Below are positions 28,252 to 39,095 of a DNA stretch of 64,000 nucleotides, in pieces. Each line of letters opens with the position of its first letter. The stretch's first letter is position 1. The DNA is from a virus. The notes under the pieces are model-generated. The model searched no databases, was not told the DNA's origin, and saw only the letters and a program-made list of their open reading frames with translations. A program made the translations under genes and the position numbers. Location of the stretch: the IMG/VR virus record IMGVR_UViG_3300005529_000026, positions 1-64,000 of that record, one strand, 5' to 3'.

Positions 28252-31200
28252 ATGCTGACGTTCAATATCACACAGGGCGGCGTAACTCGTGATTACCGCA
28301 AGTACATCTACGGGCAGCCCGTCAAGATGGACTCTAAGAATGACCCCAAGCTGCTTGACTTTCAGCTTGTACCGCTCGATGGCAGCTTCGTAAAACCCAC
28401 TCGCGGTGCTTACGTGTCCATCACCACGGACACCTACGGTCTCTGGTACACCGGCTACATCACGAACGACCCAGAGCTTATCTATCTGGGCAGCAAGAAC
28501 AACGCGCCTGTTTGGGGTTACGTCCTGAAGGCGACCAGCGATGAATACGCTCTCAACCAGCAGCCGTTAGGCATAATGCCGCCGTTCATCAACACAACAC
28601 AAGGAGAAATTCTTCGCAAGTTGGTGCAGCGTCTAGACCCGAATGGCCTGTTCAATCCGGCTAGCATTTGGGATGGTCAGAAGGTTGCTCGTTACAAGGT
28701 TGACCCCGCGAAGAAGTTTTCTGATGTAGTGAAGGAGTTTTCTGACTCCTCGAATTACACATTCTGGGCTAAGAACCACGTTCTTTTCTTTCAGCAGATT
28801 GACGCCTTGTCGTCGCCTCTTACCCTCAATGGGAACAGCAAACACTTCACTCCGTCTAATCTGCGTATCGCTCCATCTGATGACCGCATCATCAACGATG
28901 CCATCGTTTTAGGAGACATAGAACCGCAGAGCCTTGTACGCGAGTACCATGTAAGCGACGGGTTCACTGGGCGTTTTCCTTTATCGTTCGCACCGTACGG
29001 CGTGGACAGCACGCTGTTACTGGATGATGATTTCAGCAACTCAGCGATTGACACACAGAAGTGGACGGTCAACGACCTTCCGAATAACTATCTACAGGTC
29101 TCTAATGGATACCTGAACGCACTCGGTGGGCCTAATGACGGCACTTATTCCGTTCATCTTGATTCGGCCAGCCTGATTCCTCTAGAGGGATATCTGCGCT
29201 TAACGCATGGCGAGTACGACTTCGTGTCGGCCTCGGATGGCGTCATCGCAAGTATTTGGAGTCAGAGCGTAAATCCGGCGCTCACCGGGTGCGTGTACGG
29301 TATTAAGGTCAACAAGAGCGGCGCTAATACCGTGCTGAACCCCATTGCTGGTGGGTCGGTTGACGGCGGCAGCAGCCTCACTGTTAACTACGCACATCGC
29401 TACATCTTTCGCACGATTATCACGTCTGTGAAGGAGCAGCGACTTCTGAACGATTATGCCTACCGCAATGCGGACGGTACGATTGGGCGTTTCTCTGACG
29501 GCGGTTCTTCGGCGGCGGTTGATGTTCAAACCATCATTACCGAGATTGACCCGTCAACAGCAGATATTATCGGGACGACGACTTGGAATCACACGGTATC
29601 TTTGTCGTCCGCTCAGATGTATGCATACTACGTTCCGGTTGTCACTAACGACCTGCATCTTTCGCTGACCGGCATTACCGTCAGCACACCGACGCAGGCG
29701 CAGCTTTCGCTCCTAGCTAAAGCAGCTAATTCGCCGTTCTACACAGGGGCGTATCAGGCTAAGGTTGTCGGCCCGAACGAGATTGATTCCTTCGACGGAC
29801 AAGCTCCCGTTGCGACCATCACAGACTCAAATAACGGAGCCGTGACGCGCAGCAGCCAGCTAGGTACGCCGCAGTGGAATCCCGGCGCAGCCGCGTTGAC
29901 GTTCTTCAAGAATAGCATCAATCAAACGACGGATATTCCTCCTACCGGCACCATTATTAGACTGGTGTATCGTCGCGCTGGCGCGTCTGTGGCGCGTGTT
30001 CAGGCCGCAGCAAGCATCAACGCTGAAGCAGCGGCATGGGGGGATTCCGGCATTCGCTCGGTCACGCGCAATGATTTGACACCCCGGCCTCGCAATTCAC
30101 GCGAGTGTGAAATGGCAGCGGGCGCTATCGTCAATGACCGCAGCTACCAGCATTACACCGGCACTTACACGCAGCACTCTGGCTACGAATTCAGCACTGA
30201 GCCGACATCCGGCACACTGCTGAAGTTCCTCAATATGCCAGCCAGTTTCCCTAGCGTGCAGGCAGAGGAAATCTCATCGGTGCGTTCTACTCTCTTGCTG
30301 GCAAAGAAAGAGCTTATCCAGCATGAGCTAACGTTCAACGCCCCTGACCGTGTGCGTCAGTTGCTGACGGAGTTTGCCAAGCCTACGGATGTTTTCACGC
30401 CGCAGGATACCGCTGAGGTTCCGCAGTACATTGAGCCGACTGGCGTTCTGGGCGCTGCCCCGGATGATGTTCAGGCTCTAGAACTGGCTAGCTGGACTTC
30501 CACGCAACTTTCTTTCAACACCAACGTGGCTGCTCCATCTGGCGGCGGCTTCGAGGTTCGTTGGACGGACGAATCGTGGGGCGCAGACGATGCTAAGAAT
30601 CTGATTACGCGCACGTCTTCACAGACGTTCAACGTTCCGCGTGTCAGCCGTAATTCCATTATCTTCGTCAAGGCTTATGACGTTCGCAATAATCTGCTGT
30701 GGTCAGAAGACCTGACACAGGCAGCGTGGACAAAGACCCAATGCAACGTCACGAAGACAACTGAAACAAACCCGGATGGCGATAAAGGCATAATCAGCAC
30801 AGTTAACTTCAACGGCGGTAACGTTGTTGCGGTTGTGCAGCAGGCTACATCGGTTGCGGCGAGCGGCAAGCAGTTTGCCTTCTCCGTAAGCATGAAAGGC
30901 GCTGCGGGCACATCTGTGACTGTCCGCGTTAGCAATGGAACGACGAACGTTGTGAACACCAGCGTCCCGATGACGGGTAACTGGATGCGCAAAACGTTTA
31001 GCGGCACATTCGGCGCGGTGTCGGGCAACATCACGGTACATCTTCAGTACCAAGGAAGCCCGGCCTACAGCCTAAAAGTGACTAGGGCTTCCCTAGAGCT
31101 ACGGCTAACCGAAACGGTTTACTGCAAAACCAATTCTGCGGTTTACGGCGCTAACTCTCGTTTCGCAGCCGTCAGTCGCGTGCAGTTTCCGTTGCTTGCT

Positions 31201-33720
31201 CCCGTCGTCACTAGCGCGAGTGGCAAGATTCAGTCGCCCACGCAGGCGCTGTTTTCGTTCACAATTCCCAGCACGGATTACCAAGACATTTATCGTCTCG
31301 TAATTCGTCGCCTAGACAACACCGGCACGAACGCGGTTGAAACCGTGTACGACCAGTTGTGGGATGGCTTTACGTTCAAGCAGGTGAATCTGGTTGGCGT
31401 TCCGGGCGACCCGAACGGTAACCCGTTCACACAAAATGAGTGGTTTGACATCTCTACGGTGAACTTGCTGGGAGAGTTTGACACTCCGGTAAAGTTGCAC
31501 TTGACTGTTGCAGCGCCGGTCGTAACGGCGATTGCGATTGACCAAGACAACAACCTGATTGAATGGGATTGGACGGGACAAGCTGACTCGTTTGATTTAC
31601 AGATTGACTCAACCGGCACTGGCACTTTTACGACAAATGAGATTGACCTGACTGGGGCTAAAGGTCTGCTTGACCATACGCTCACGCTAGGTTCTAGACT
31701 TATTCGAGATGCGTTCGACATCCGCATTCGCGGAGTAAACGGCTTCGGAGTCGGTAACTGGCTCTCGCTTCACAGCGATGGCGTAGTGCCACAAAATGTT
31801 CTGAGCGCTCAGGTATCACAAGAAGGTCTAAACGTAGACGGTCACTGGTACAGTGTTCTGAATTTTGTCTGGACTGTTCCAACGTCGGACACACAGTTTG
31901 CAGGTATCAACATCTACGTCCGGCAGACTGCGCCCGGCCCGAACGGTGCTGGACAGTTCACAAGTCAATGGAAGTCGTTCTTGACCAAGCGTAAGGACGT
32001 TACGCAGTGGCGTGAGCGCCTAGAAAAAACCGGAGAGACGGTTCAGTTCGCTTTCGTCAGCTATGACAATGAAGGCTTTGAAAAGCGTATTGCGGTATCG
32101 CCGCAAGTTGGTGGAATCGTTCTAGATGCTCTAGATACGCCCCCCGCTATTCCTGTGGCCCTGAACGGTCGCGGCGAGGCCAAGCGGCACTTCATTCAGT
32201 GGAACGAGAATACCGAGACTGACATCGCCGGTTATGAGTTGTGGTCAGCGCCTGAAACTGAGGCGGCATTACCGCCCGGAGGCTCATGGACGCTCATCTA
32301 CACAACGCAAGCTGCGCCTAAGACGACTTCAGGGTTGCAAACGTACATCAACTCTGCAAAGCCTGACGAAGGGAAAAAGTACGCTGTTCGTGCGTTCGAT
32401 AAAGGGCAGAACTACTCCGGCTTTACGTCACCACTACTGATTCGAGCGCTGCTCGACATCTCTGATGGCGACAACCTGCTAGCAAACGGTAATTTTCAGC
32501 AATGGGATAGAACAGATGGTTCTGTTTCCGTGGCGACGTTTTATACGTTTACCGGAACCGGCACTGCTTCATTCCAAAGCAATGCTCACACTGGCGGCAA
32601 GTACGCACAGCAAATCGTCGCTGCGCCGGGGCAGACAGCGCGTATCACTTCATCTCTAGGAAAGATTAGCGCCGGGCAGATTTATATTGCTGGGCAGCTA
32701 ATCTGGGACAGCATCGTTGACGTTACAGCCGTTTCAGAGTTTGGGTGGAACTTCTATGATTACGCGGGAAACCTCGTAGCTACGTGTTCCACTGGCTTGA
32801 AGGGCACAGGATTCAACGGGCAAGCGCTCGGAGAGTATTACGTCTGGTTCATTGCGCCGCAAGCGAGTGATTCGGTTCTCAGCACGGCTACCGGTCAGTT
32901 CTCGATAAGCTGGTTGAGCGCCGTAACTCCTGTGTTCTGTTCGCTATATTCCGGCCTGAATAACGGCTCTGGAAGCACGTACACGCGGCAATATGGCAGG
33001 CTAGCTTTAGGGCAGGCTAAGAACGCAGCAACAAATGCTCCGTTCGGCACTCCTATCTCATCCACGGTTATTTTCACTCCCAGCACAACCTCGGTTAGTT
33101 GGAGCAGTGGAACTGTGGTAATGGGAGGCTCTCAATCGAGCTTGCAGACATACAGCGTCAACTCTGGCTCGTTTAGCCCGCTGACACAAGCGACAACGTA
33201 CATCGCGTATCTAGACTTCAAGACGTTACCAACGCCTACTGTGAAGTTCACCAGCAGCCTCAGCGGGCTGCAAGGCGATGCGAACGTTTTCCTAGGCGCG
33301 TTTACAACTGCTTTGACAACTCCTTCGGCCCCGACGTTGAACACGACGGCGCAAACCAGCGCTCCGAGTGCAACGTATTCGGTGAAGGTGCAGACGTGCT
33401 ATGCATTGACCCGCGATGCGGGTAGCGCATTGTCGGCTGCTGCCAGCGTTAACTGCTCTGCCGGGCAGACATTCATTGTGTCTCCTCCTTCCACAGGTGA
33501 TGCTCTTTACACGCACTACGACGTGTATGTGGGTGGATTGCTGGTAACGCCTTCTCCGATTCCGAAATCAATGGCGTACACGCACAACGCTTTGCTCAGT
33601 TCGTCCAATGACGGGACAGTGGTAGCCCCGGTTGGCTCGGTTGGCGGCGGCGGCAGTACAGGGCTAGGAGACGGTACGACAAAGCAGACGGTGTTTAGAG
33701 CGCCGTCCGGTGGCATGTAA
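28252..33720 (+). CDS. tail tip/central fibre protein with Fn3-like and carbohydrate-binding-like domains
   Basis: 1822 aa after tape measure; NNLLWSEDL and NLLANGNF CBM-like starts; WNENTETDIAGYEL...YAVRAFDKGQNYS Fn3-like. Confidence 0.85.
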   Translation: MLTFNITQGGVTRDYRKYIYGQPVKMDSKNDPKLLDFQLVPLDGSFVKPTRGAYVSITTDTYGLWYTGYITNDPELIYLGSKNNAPVWGYVLKATSDEYALNQQPLGIMPPFINTTQGEILRKLVQRLDPNGLFNPASIWDGQKVARYKVDPAKKFSDVVKEFSDSSNYTFWAKNHVLFFQQIDALSSPLTLNGNSKHFTPSNLRIAPSDDRIINDAIVLGDIEPQSLVREYHVSDGFTGRFPLSFAPYGVDSTLLLDDDFSNSAIDTQKWTVNDLPNNYLQVSNGYLNALGGPNDGTYSVHLDSASLIPLEGYLRLTHGEYDFVSASDGVIASIWSQSVNPALTGCVYGIKVNKSGANTVLNPIAGGSVDGGSSLTVNYAHRYIFRTIITSVKEQRLLNDYAYRNADGTIGRFSDGGSSAAVDVQTIITEIDPSTADIIGTTTWNHTVSLSSAQMYAYYVPVVTNDLHLSLTGITVSTPTQAQLSLLAKAANSPFYTGAYQAKVVGPNEIDSFDGQAPVATITDSNNGAVTRSSQLGTPQWNPGAAALTFFKNSINQTTDIPPTGTIIRLVYRRAGASVARVQAAASINAEAAAWGDSGIRSVTRNDLTPRPRNSRECEMAAGAIVNDRSYQHYTGTYTQHSGYEFSTEPTSGTLLKFLNMPASFPSVQAEEISSVRSTLLLAKKELIQHELTFNAPDRVRQLLTEFAKPTDVFTPQDTAEVPQYIEPTGVLGAAPDDVQALELASWTSTQLSFNTNVAAPSGGGFEVRWTDESWGADDAKNLITRTSSQTFNVPRVSRNSIIFVKAYDVRNNLLWSEDLTQAAWTKTQCNVTKTTETNPDGDKGIISTVNFNGGNVVAVVQQATSVAASGKQFAFSVSMKGAAGTSVTVRVSNGTTNVVNTSVPMTGNWMRKTFSGTFGAVSGNITVHLQYQGSPAYSLKVTRASLELRLTETVYCKTNSAVYGANSRFAAVSRVQFPLLAPVVTSASGKIQSPTQALFSFTIPSTDYQDIYRLVIRRLDNTGTNAVETVYDQLWDGFTFKQVNLVGVPGDPNGNPFTQNEWFDISTVNLLGEFDTPVKLHLTVAAPVVTAIAIDQDNNLIEWDWTGQADSFDLQIDSTGTGTFTTNEIDLTGAKGLLDHTLTLGSRLIRDAFDIRIRGVNGFGVGNWLSLHSDGVVPQNVLSAQVSQEGLNVDGHWYSVLNFVWTVPTSDTQFAGINIYVRQTAPGPNGAGQFTSQWKSFLTKRKDVTQWRERLEKTGETVQFAFVSYDNEGFEKRIAVSPQVGGIVLDALDTPPAIPVALNGRGEAKRHFIQWNENTETDIAGYELWSAPETEAALPPGGSWTLIYTTQAAPKTTSGLQTYINSAKPDEGKKYAVRAFDKGQNYSGFTSPLLIRALLDISDGDNLLANGNFQQWDRTDGSVSVATFYTFTGTGTASFQSNAHTGGKYAQQIVAAPGQTARITSSLGKISAGQIYIAGQLIWDSIVDVTAVSEFGWNFYDYAGNLVATCSTGLKGTGFNGQALGEYYVWFIAPQASDSVLSTATGQFSISWLSAVTPVFCSLYSGLNNGSGSTYTRQYGRLALGQAKNAATNAPFGTPISSTVIFTPSTTSVSWSSGTVVMGGSQSSLQTYSVNSGSFSPLTQATTYIAYLDFKTLPTPTVKFTSSLSGLQGDANVFLGAFTTALTTPSAPTLNTTAQTSAPSATYSVKVQTCYALTRDAGSALSAAASVNCSAGQTFIVSPPSTGDALYTHYDVYVGGLLVTPSPIPKSMAYTHNALLSSSNDGTVVAPVGSVGGGGSTGLGDGTTKQTVFRAPSGGM

Positions 33721-33741
33721 GAGATTCTTAGAAAGGGAGAG

Positions 33742-33774
33742 AGGGCGCTTAACAATAGCGCCCTTTTTCTTTTT
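33742..33774 (+). terminator. intrinsic terminator
   Basis: AGGGCGCT/AGCGCCCT + T-rich tract. Confidence 0.85.
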
Positions 33775-33779
33775 GGCCT

Positions 33780-34070
33780 ATGGCATACGAACTCGAACTG
33801 ATTCAGCACACAATAGACGAAAAGACACATCATCATCACTTAATTGTGCAGCTTGTCGAGCTTGATGTGAACGGGAACGAAATAGGCCGTGGTGAGGTTT
33901 ACCAGCGCAGTTTCAATCTCCCTAACGCCGAAGACGGCTTTGATTTTGACGGCGAATTCACGGCTCTCAAGGCGCTCCTAGCTGAGCGCTACGGACGTGT
34001 CAAAAAGCATACCGACACCCTGCACAAGGCTTTCAAGAAACATTTCCGAAATAAGAAGGACAAGAATTAA
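33780..34070 (+). CDS. hypothetical protein (possible fibre chaperone)
   Basis: 96-aa ORF after the tail-tip gene. Confidence 0.6.
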   Translation: MAYELELIQHTIDEKTHHHHLIVQLVELDVNGNEIGRGEVYQRSFNLPNAEDGFDFDGEFTALKALLAERYGRVKKHTDTLHKAFKKHFRNKKDKN

Positions 34071-34071
34071 C

Positions 34072-34533
34072 ATGGCAAGGCTACCTTTCGTTGTAACTAC
34101 CACTTCAGAAATCGCTACCGGCTCCGGCGCGGATAAGACTGTTCTACAGATTAACGCCCCGACAAATCAGCGTGTGGCGGTGAAGTCGGTTGAGATTACG
34201 TTCAAGGGCACCGACCCTAGCGCTACTCCCATTCTCGTCAAGCTCTGCCAACAGACCGCCGCGACCGGCTCAGGTTCGTCTGCGTCGAATACCCCGGCCA
34301 AAGAAGACCCCGGCATTAGCACGAGCATCCAGACGACCGGAAAGCAGGGCTACACTTCAGAACCTACCGGCACGGTCATCGTGCGCCAATGGGAAGTTCA
34401 CCCGCAGGCGGGTCTACTGTACTCGTTTCCTTTGGGAGATGAAGTTGTGGTTCCCGGCGGCGGTGCTCTGGGTATTGTTGTAAACGCTGCTGCATCAGTC
34501 AGTTGCGCTCCCTTATTCCGCTGCGAGGAGTAA
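34072..34533 (+). CDS. putative virion protein
   Basis: ATG 34072; T/S/G-rich beta protein. Confidence 0.65.
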   Translation: MARLPFVVTTTSEIATGSGADKTVLQINAPTNQRVAVKSVEITFKGTDPSATPILVKLCQQTAATGSGSSASNTPAKEDPGISTSIQTTGKQGYTSEPTGTVIVRQWEVHPQAGLLYSFPLGDEVVVPGGGALGIVVNAAASVSCAPLFRCEE

Positions 34534-34540
34534 TTTCTAG

Positions 34541-35455
34541 ATGGCTAGCAGTACAAAGACGGCCTCAACAGTATCGCAAACAAATCCGTCACCGTCATTT
34601 TCATTTGTGTCGTGGACTAACCTCACGAATGGGCGCGTCATCGGGGACAGTCAATACGCCACAGCCGCTTTGAATTCTGCTGGTGGATTAGGGCCGAATC
34701 AATCCTATTATTACAACTGGGAGTCATTCGGTTTTTCTATTCCTTCCAACGCCACTATCCAAGGTATAGAAGCCACAATAGTAGCCAAGAGAACCGCTGG
34801 ATGTACTGGTTTTTACGGCAACGTGTGGCTAGAGACCTCTCCGTTGACGGGTACACCTAAAGGCATTTTGCTTAGTGGCGGGAACATCACGACAACTGAT
34901 ACGACTTCGGTATTTGGTGGTTCGGCATATCTGTGGAGCACAACATGGACGCCGGGTGAAATCGGGGTGATTGCACTTCGATGCTCGGTCAATTGCGACA
35001 CCGGCTCCGGCACGTTCTCCCTAGATGGTGCTAGCCTCACAGTTTATTACACACTGCCTCGCCCCGGACAACCGCCAAAGATTTTCAAGCAGACGCGGTA
35101 CGCGGGAGACATGCGCAGTGGCGCTAGGGTAATTCGCGCCCAGTATTTAACTACAACCGGCATTGACCAGAACAGAACTCGCACGGCGACTCGCGGGCCG
35201 CAATTCCCGCGTCTTGTGAAAGCGATTGGTGGAACGGTACAGAACTTCTTCAAGCTGAATGCGGTATTTACAGCGCCTACGAAGCAAATCTATTTGAAGT
35301 CCGTGGGCATTCTTACCGGCGGTACAACGCAGGTTTATTTCAAGAAGTTTGTAGCGGGCATGACGCAAATCTTTTACCGTACGTTAGGCGCTTCGACGGC
35401 TTACACTAGCCAGAGTTTCAGGCAAGTAAGGAAGCGCGTGTACGGCGGGCGCTAA
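34541..35455 (+). CDS. putative fibre/receptor-binding protein
   Basis: FGFSIPSNATIQGIE...FGGSAYLW beta domain plus basic C-terminal part. Confidence 0.65.
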   Translation: MASSTKTASTVSQTNPSPSFSFVSWTNLTNGRVIGDSQYATAALNSAGGLGPNQSYYYNWESFGFSIPSNATIQGIEATIVAKRTAGCTGFYGNVWLETSPLTGTPKGILLSGGNITTTDTTSVFGGSAYLWSTTWTPGEIGVIALRCSVNCDTGSGTFSLDGASLTVYYTLPRPGQPPKIFKQTRYAGDMRSGARVIRAQYLTTTGIDQNRTRTATRGPQFPRLVKAIGGTVQNFFKLNAVFTAPTKQIYLKSVGILTGGTTQVYFKKFVAGMTQIFYRTLGASTAYTSQSFRQVRKRVYGGR

Positions 35456-35468
35456 CAAGGATTAACAC

Positions 35469-35930
35469 ATGGCACAATTTGGCTTTTATCAGGACACATC
35501 GAGTGCGCCTGATTTCACAAAACCGATTAACGTTGGCACGCCGCTCACGCAGTCTATTGACATTGACGCTGGCGGCGTGGTCACCCAGCGCATCTGGTTC
35601 GGCAGCGACCAGTCGAGCCAGCAGGTGCAAGACAATGCTAGCCCCGGTGTGGCACAAATCACGGTTTCTATCGTGGACGCCACAGCCGGAAACACCAACC
35701 CTACAACGCGCTTCAAGCTGTTTAAGGGCAACAGCCCGCCCGCTGATTGGAATACGGTCACGGCAGGCGCGTCAATCAATCTCGGCACATCGGTAGTAGG
35801 TGGTGCCGGGAACGCTGTATCCATTTGGGTGCAGTACACTGGGCCTGCCAATGAAAATAGCGGCAGTCCCATTACCTACACCGACTTGTCGTTCCAAACC
35901 AATACTCTGCGGCAGGTAGCTTTCCCGTAA
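35469..35930 (+). CDS. putative virion protein
   Basis: AAGG SD, beta-rich 153 aa. Confidence 0.65.
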   Translation: MAQFGFYQDTSSAPDFTKPINVGTPLTQSIDIDAGGVVTQRIWFGSDQSSQQVQDNASPGVAQITVSIVDATAGNTNPTTRFKLFKGNSPPADWNTVTAGASINLGTSVVGGAGNAVSIWVQYTGPANENSGSPITYTDLSFQTNTLRQVAFP

Positions 35931-35949
35931 TATTTTGAAGTGAGGCAGC

Positions 35950-36279
35950 TTGCAAGTGGCTGACGCAACACCTTTTCTAGATAAAGTGACGAAGATAGGG
36001 TCGTTCGGTTCGTTCGTTCTGGCAGCCGCCCTCATGGTCAGTAGCTTCGTGGGCAAGAATGCCGTGAACGCGCAGACTGTGCAGACGAACACCCAAACGA
36101 TTCAGGAATTAAGGCACCAACTTGACGTGCTGCAACAGCAAGTTTCTCAGCAGCAAGTCATTGCAAACGAGGTTAGAAACGTGAAAGAGCAGGTCGTGCA
36201 GACCAACAGCGGCTTGAACCGATTGTCTGACGAACTGCATGCGTGGCAGCGCGAGGAGCGCCGCCTGCATTCGCACTAA
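35950..36279 (+). CDS. membrane protein with coiled coil (lysis-associated candidate)
   Basis: one TM segment + Q-rich coiled coil at end of tail module. Confidence 0.55.
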   Translation: MQVADATPFLDKVTKIGSFGSFVLAAALMVSSFVGKNAVNAQTVQTNTQTIQELRHQLDVLQQQVSQQQVIANEVRNVKEQVVQTNSGLNRLSDELHAWQREERRLHSH

Positions 36280-36314
36280 TATCCTAGACATTCCTAGGAT
36301 GCCAAGAATTGTGC

Positions 36315-36343
36315 TTGACATACAAGTAAGTTCGCGGTATACT
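36315..36343 (+). promoter_or_regulatory. sigma70-type promoter
   Basis: TTGACA-17-TATACT. Confidence 0.85.
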
Positions 36344-36374
36344 AATCTCATAATCGAATAACGATTTGCCCTTC

Positions 36375-36417
36375 AGGGGCGTAGCCGACGTGTATATCGC
36401 TGCGCCCCTATTGTTTT
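36375..36417 (+). terminator. terminator/attenuator hairpin downstream of promoter
   Basis: AGGGGCGTAGC/GCTGCGCCCCT + ATTGTTTT. Confidence 0.6.
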
Positions 36418-36428
36418 CGGGAGACCCT

Positions 36429-37580
36429 TTGACCAAGCGCCTTTCGCAAGAAGAAAAGACCAACCGGCTTATTGAACGCCTGAAGCTGGATAATGAACAG
36501 CTTCGTGCTCTCAATAAGAAGCTCAGTCGCAACCGTGGGATGGCATTTGAACAGGTCGTTGACCAGTTTAAGGAAGTCCTTTCGGGAGACGGGTTTAAGA
36601 ACTTCACGGTTAGGCCAGTTTACCTCCCCAAGCACAAGCCTCTTTCCAAGTCGGTGTTTGACGCCGACCACTCGGAAATTGCAACGCTCCTTTTGAGCGA
36701 CCTGCATTTCGGTGAGGACATCCGGCCTGAAGAATCAAACGGCATCAACAAATACAACTCTATCATCGGGGCAAACCGCCTCTGGCACGTTATAAGCAAA
36801 TTCAAGCGTATCGTTCGTGGGCACCAGTCAATGTACCGCGTCGAGAAGATTTGGGTTCCTATCCTAGGTGACCTAATTAGCGGTTCACATATTCCTGAAC
36901 TAGCGCTTACGAATGACTTGCTTGACGCTCCCAGCGCAGTGCTGGCTGCTCGTCTCCTCATCATCGCCATCATTGAGCTAAAGACATTAGGACTGCCCAT
37001 CGAGATTGACTGCATTGTGGGCAACCACGGTCGCATGCTTCTGAAGATGCCTGCCAAGCGGCAGGCAGAGCAGAGCTTCGATTGGATGGTGTACTGCATG
37101 CTTGAGCAAGAGTTTGCGAACGATTCACAAGTGAAAGTCCGAATCCACACCGGCCAGTTTGGAGTCGTGGAGCAATTCGGTCATCGCATTGTCATCGAGC
37201 ACGGCATCGCAGTAGCAAGCGGAAAAGAGCGCGAGCTTGAAAGCGCCATTCGAGACATCTTCGATAGCCCGATATATCGCAAGGCAACGAAGATGGAAGG
37301 AACATCCGTTGATTACGTCATCATTGGCAACATGCACCAAGCCAAGGATGGCGAGCGGTATATGGTCAATGGTTGTCTGCCCGGCTCGAACGAGTACGGC
37401 CTGTCCCTTCGACTAGACCCTATCGGCGCAATCCAGCAGATGTTCGGCATTAGCCGTAAGCGAATTCCTAGCTGGCATTACCCGCTCGATGTTTCGGATG
37501 TTCTTGACGGGGACGATGAAAACTCGATGGTGGAATTTGCAAAGCAGTTTATGGCGGTTCACGGTAGAGGCCGCCTCTAA
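36429..37580 (+). CDS. calcineurin-like metallophosphoesterase
   Basis: SDLHFG, LGDLISG, VGNHGR, EHG, GNMH motifs; GGGAG SD before TTG 36429. Confidence 0.88.
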   Translation: MTKRLSQEEKTNRLIERLKLDNEQLRALNKKLSRNRGMAFEQVVDQFKEVLSGDGFKNFTVRPVYLPKHKPLSKSVFDADHSEIATLLLSDLHFGEDIRPEESNGINKYNSIIGANRLWHVISKFKRIVRGHQSMYRVEKIWVPILGDLISGSHIPELALTNDLLDAPSAVLAARLLIIAIIELKTLGLPIEIDCIVGNHGRMLLKMPAKRQAEQSFDWMVYCMLEQEFANDSQVKVRIHTGQFGVVEQFGHRIVIEHGIAVASGKERELESAIRDIFDSPIYRKATKMEGTSVDYVIIGNMHQAKDGERYMVNGCLPGSNEYGLSLRLDPIGAIQQMFGISRKRIPSWHYPLDVSDVLDGDDENSMVEFAKQFMAVHGRGRL

Positions 37581-37604
37581 GTCGTAGACAAGCAATGGAG
37601 TGGC

Positions 37605-38279
37605 ATGAGTAATTTAGACCAGACAATCATCGTTGGCTTTGGCTACAAGGCACGGCGTGGCAAGGACACAGCTACGCAGGCGATTGTGGAGCGATTCAAA
37701 GGTGAATACGACGTTCGCCGGTACGCCTTCGCAGATGAGCTAAAGCGAGAAGTCAACCAAGCGGCGGAAGCAGCCGGGGGTATGTGGCAACTGTACTGGA
37801 AGATGCGCGAAAGCGGTCAGCTTCCTAGCAGCGTTGCGTTTGATACCAATCCCGACATGACCGACCCGCTCTGCCCGTTGGGAAAGCAGAGACAGCTTTT
37901 GCAGTGGTGGGGAACGGAGTATCGCCGCGCCCAGTACAAGGACTACTGGGTATACCGCCTAGAACAGCGCCTAGAACTGGAACAGCCCAAGTTTGCCCTA
38001 ATTTCGGACTTGCGCTTTCCTAACGAGTGGGCGTGGATAAAGAAAAACCTAGGTAAAACCGTTCGCCTCGACCGCGTTGGTTTCGATGACGCCGCGCACG
38101 GAACGAATGCAGGCCACATCTCTGAACACGCACTGGATGGCTTTGAGTTTGACTACGCCCTCGCTGTGCCGGATGGAGATGTTGAAGAACTGAAGCGCCG
38201 TGCAATTACCACGTTTGAGGAAATTGTGGCGTGTTACCAGATGCCAACTTTCGAGTTGGAATTTGAAGTACAGGGCTAA
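37605..38279 (+). CDS. deoxynucleoside monophosphate kinase
   Basis: GYKARRGKDT P-loop, FADELK, RQLLQWWGTE, ISDLRFPNE, HISE. Confidence 0.9.
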   Translation: MSNLDQTIIVGFGYKARRGKDTATQAIVERFKGEYDVRRYAFADELKREVNQAAEAAGGMWQLYWKMRESGQLPSSVAFDTNPDMTDPLCPLGKQRQLLQWWGTEYRRAQYKDYWVYRLEQRLELEQPKFALISDLRFPNEWAWIKKNLGKTVRLDRVGFDDAAHGTNAGHISEHALDGFEFDYALAVPDGDVEELKRRAITTFEEIVACYQMPTFELEFEVQG

Positions 38280-38285
38280 AGCAAC

Positions 38286-38468
38286 ATGGCAAAGCAGAAA
38301 CCTCTTGCGGTTTATCACAGCGGCTCTTTTAAGCAGGACATGCGGGCATACGGATGCGACCGCATGAGCCGCGACCCAATTTATCGGGATGCAGTTCACC
38401 AAGCAATCAACGAGCGCCGGGCGGCTGAGCGAGCGGCAAGGGAGGCTGCGAAAGTTGCAGACCAGTAA
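38286..38468 (+). CDS. hypothetical protein
   Basis: 60-aa ORF in operon. Confidence 0.5.
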   Translation: MAKQKPLAVYHSGSFKQDMRAYGCDRMSRDPIYRDAVHQAINERRAAERAAREAAKVADQ

Positions 38469-39095
38469 ATGCTACGCAGTCTGGGCCTCTTAGTAAGTCT
38501 TGCATTTTTAGCATCGGTGTTGCTGGTAGCGGCCACTAAGCCGTTACCAGCATTCATCAAGGCAACACACAAATTAACTTTTCAAGATGGAGGAGTCTGC
38601 TCTGGCACGGCTGTAGGGCCACACGCAATTCTTACAGCCACTCACTGCGAGGTTAGTACAGGACAATCGCTGCTAATCGGCTCGACACGAGTGCAGATTG
38701 TTGGCGTCATGCGCGACGGTAGCGACCATACGCTCCTTCTTATCAAAGGAGCTAGCCTAACGGACGTAGTGACCGTTGAGCAAAGAACTCTGGCTGTTGG
38801 AGAGTCTATTCGCATGGTGGGAAACCCCGGAGGATTGGAACAGATGTTCCGCAGAGGGTACATCATGGGCGGGACAACCGACAGCGAGGGCGAGCGCTTG
38901 ATAGTGCTAGACATTAACGGTTTCCCCGGCGACTCAGGCGCGGGCCTTATTGACGCGGCTGGGCATGTGGTGGGAGTCATAAGTCTAATTCACACTGAAT
39001 GGCGAGATGACCCCTGCTCCTGCATGATGAAGACAATGGCAGCGTTCCCGCTAGCATTCAGCCAGCAGCAGATTCAGAAGGCGAGAGTATTTTGA
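38469..39095 (+). CDS. secreted trypsin-like serine protease
   Basis: signal peptide; LTATHC, D, PGDSGA. Confidence 0.9.
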   Translation: MLRSLGLLVSLAFLASVLLVAATKPLPAFIKATHKLTFQDGGVCSGTAVGPHAILTATHCEVSTGQSLLIGSTRVQIVGVMRDGSDHTLLLIKGASLTDVVTVEQRTLAVGESIRMVGNPGGLEQMFRRGYIMGGTTDSEGERLIVLDINGFPGDSGAGLIDAAGHVVGVISLIHTEWRDDPCSCMMKTMAAFPLAFSQQQIQKARVF

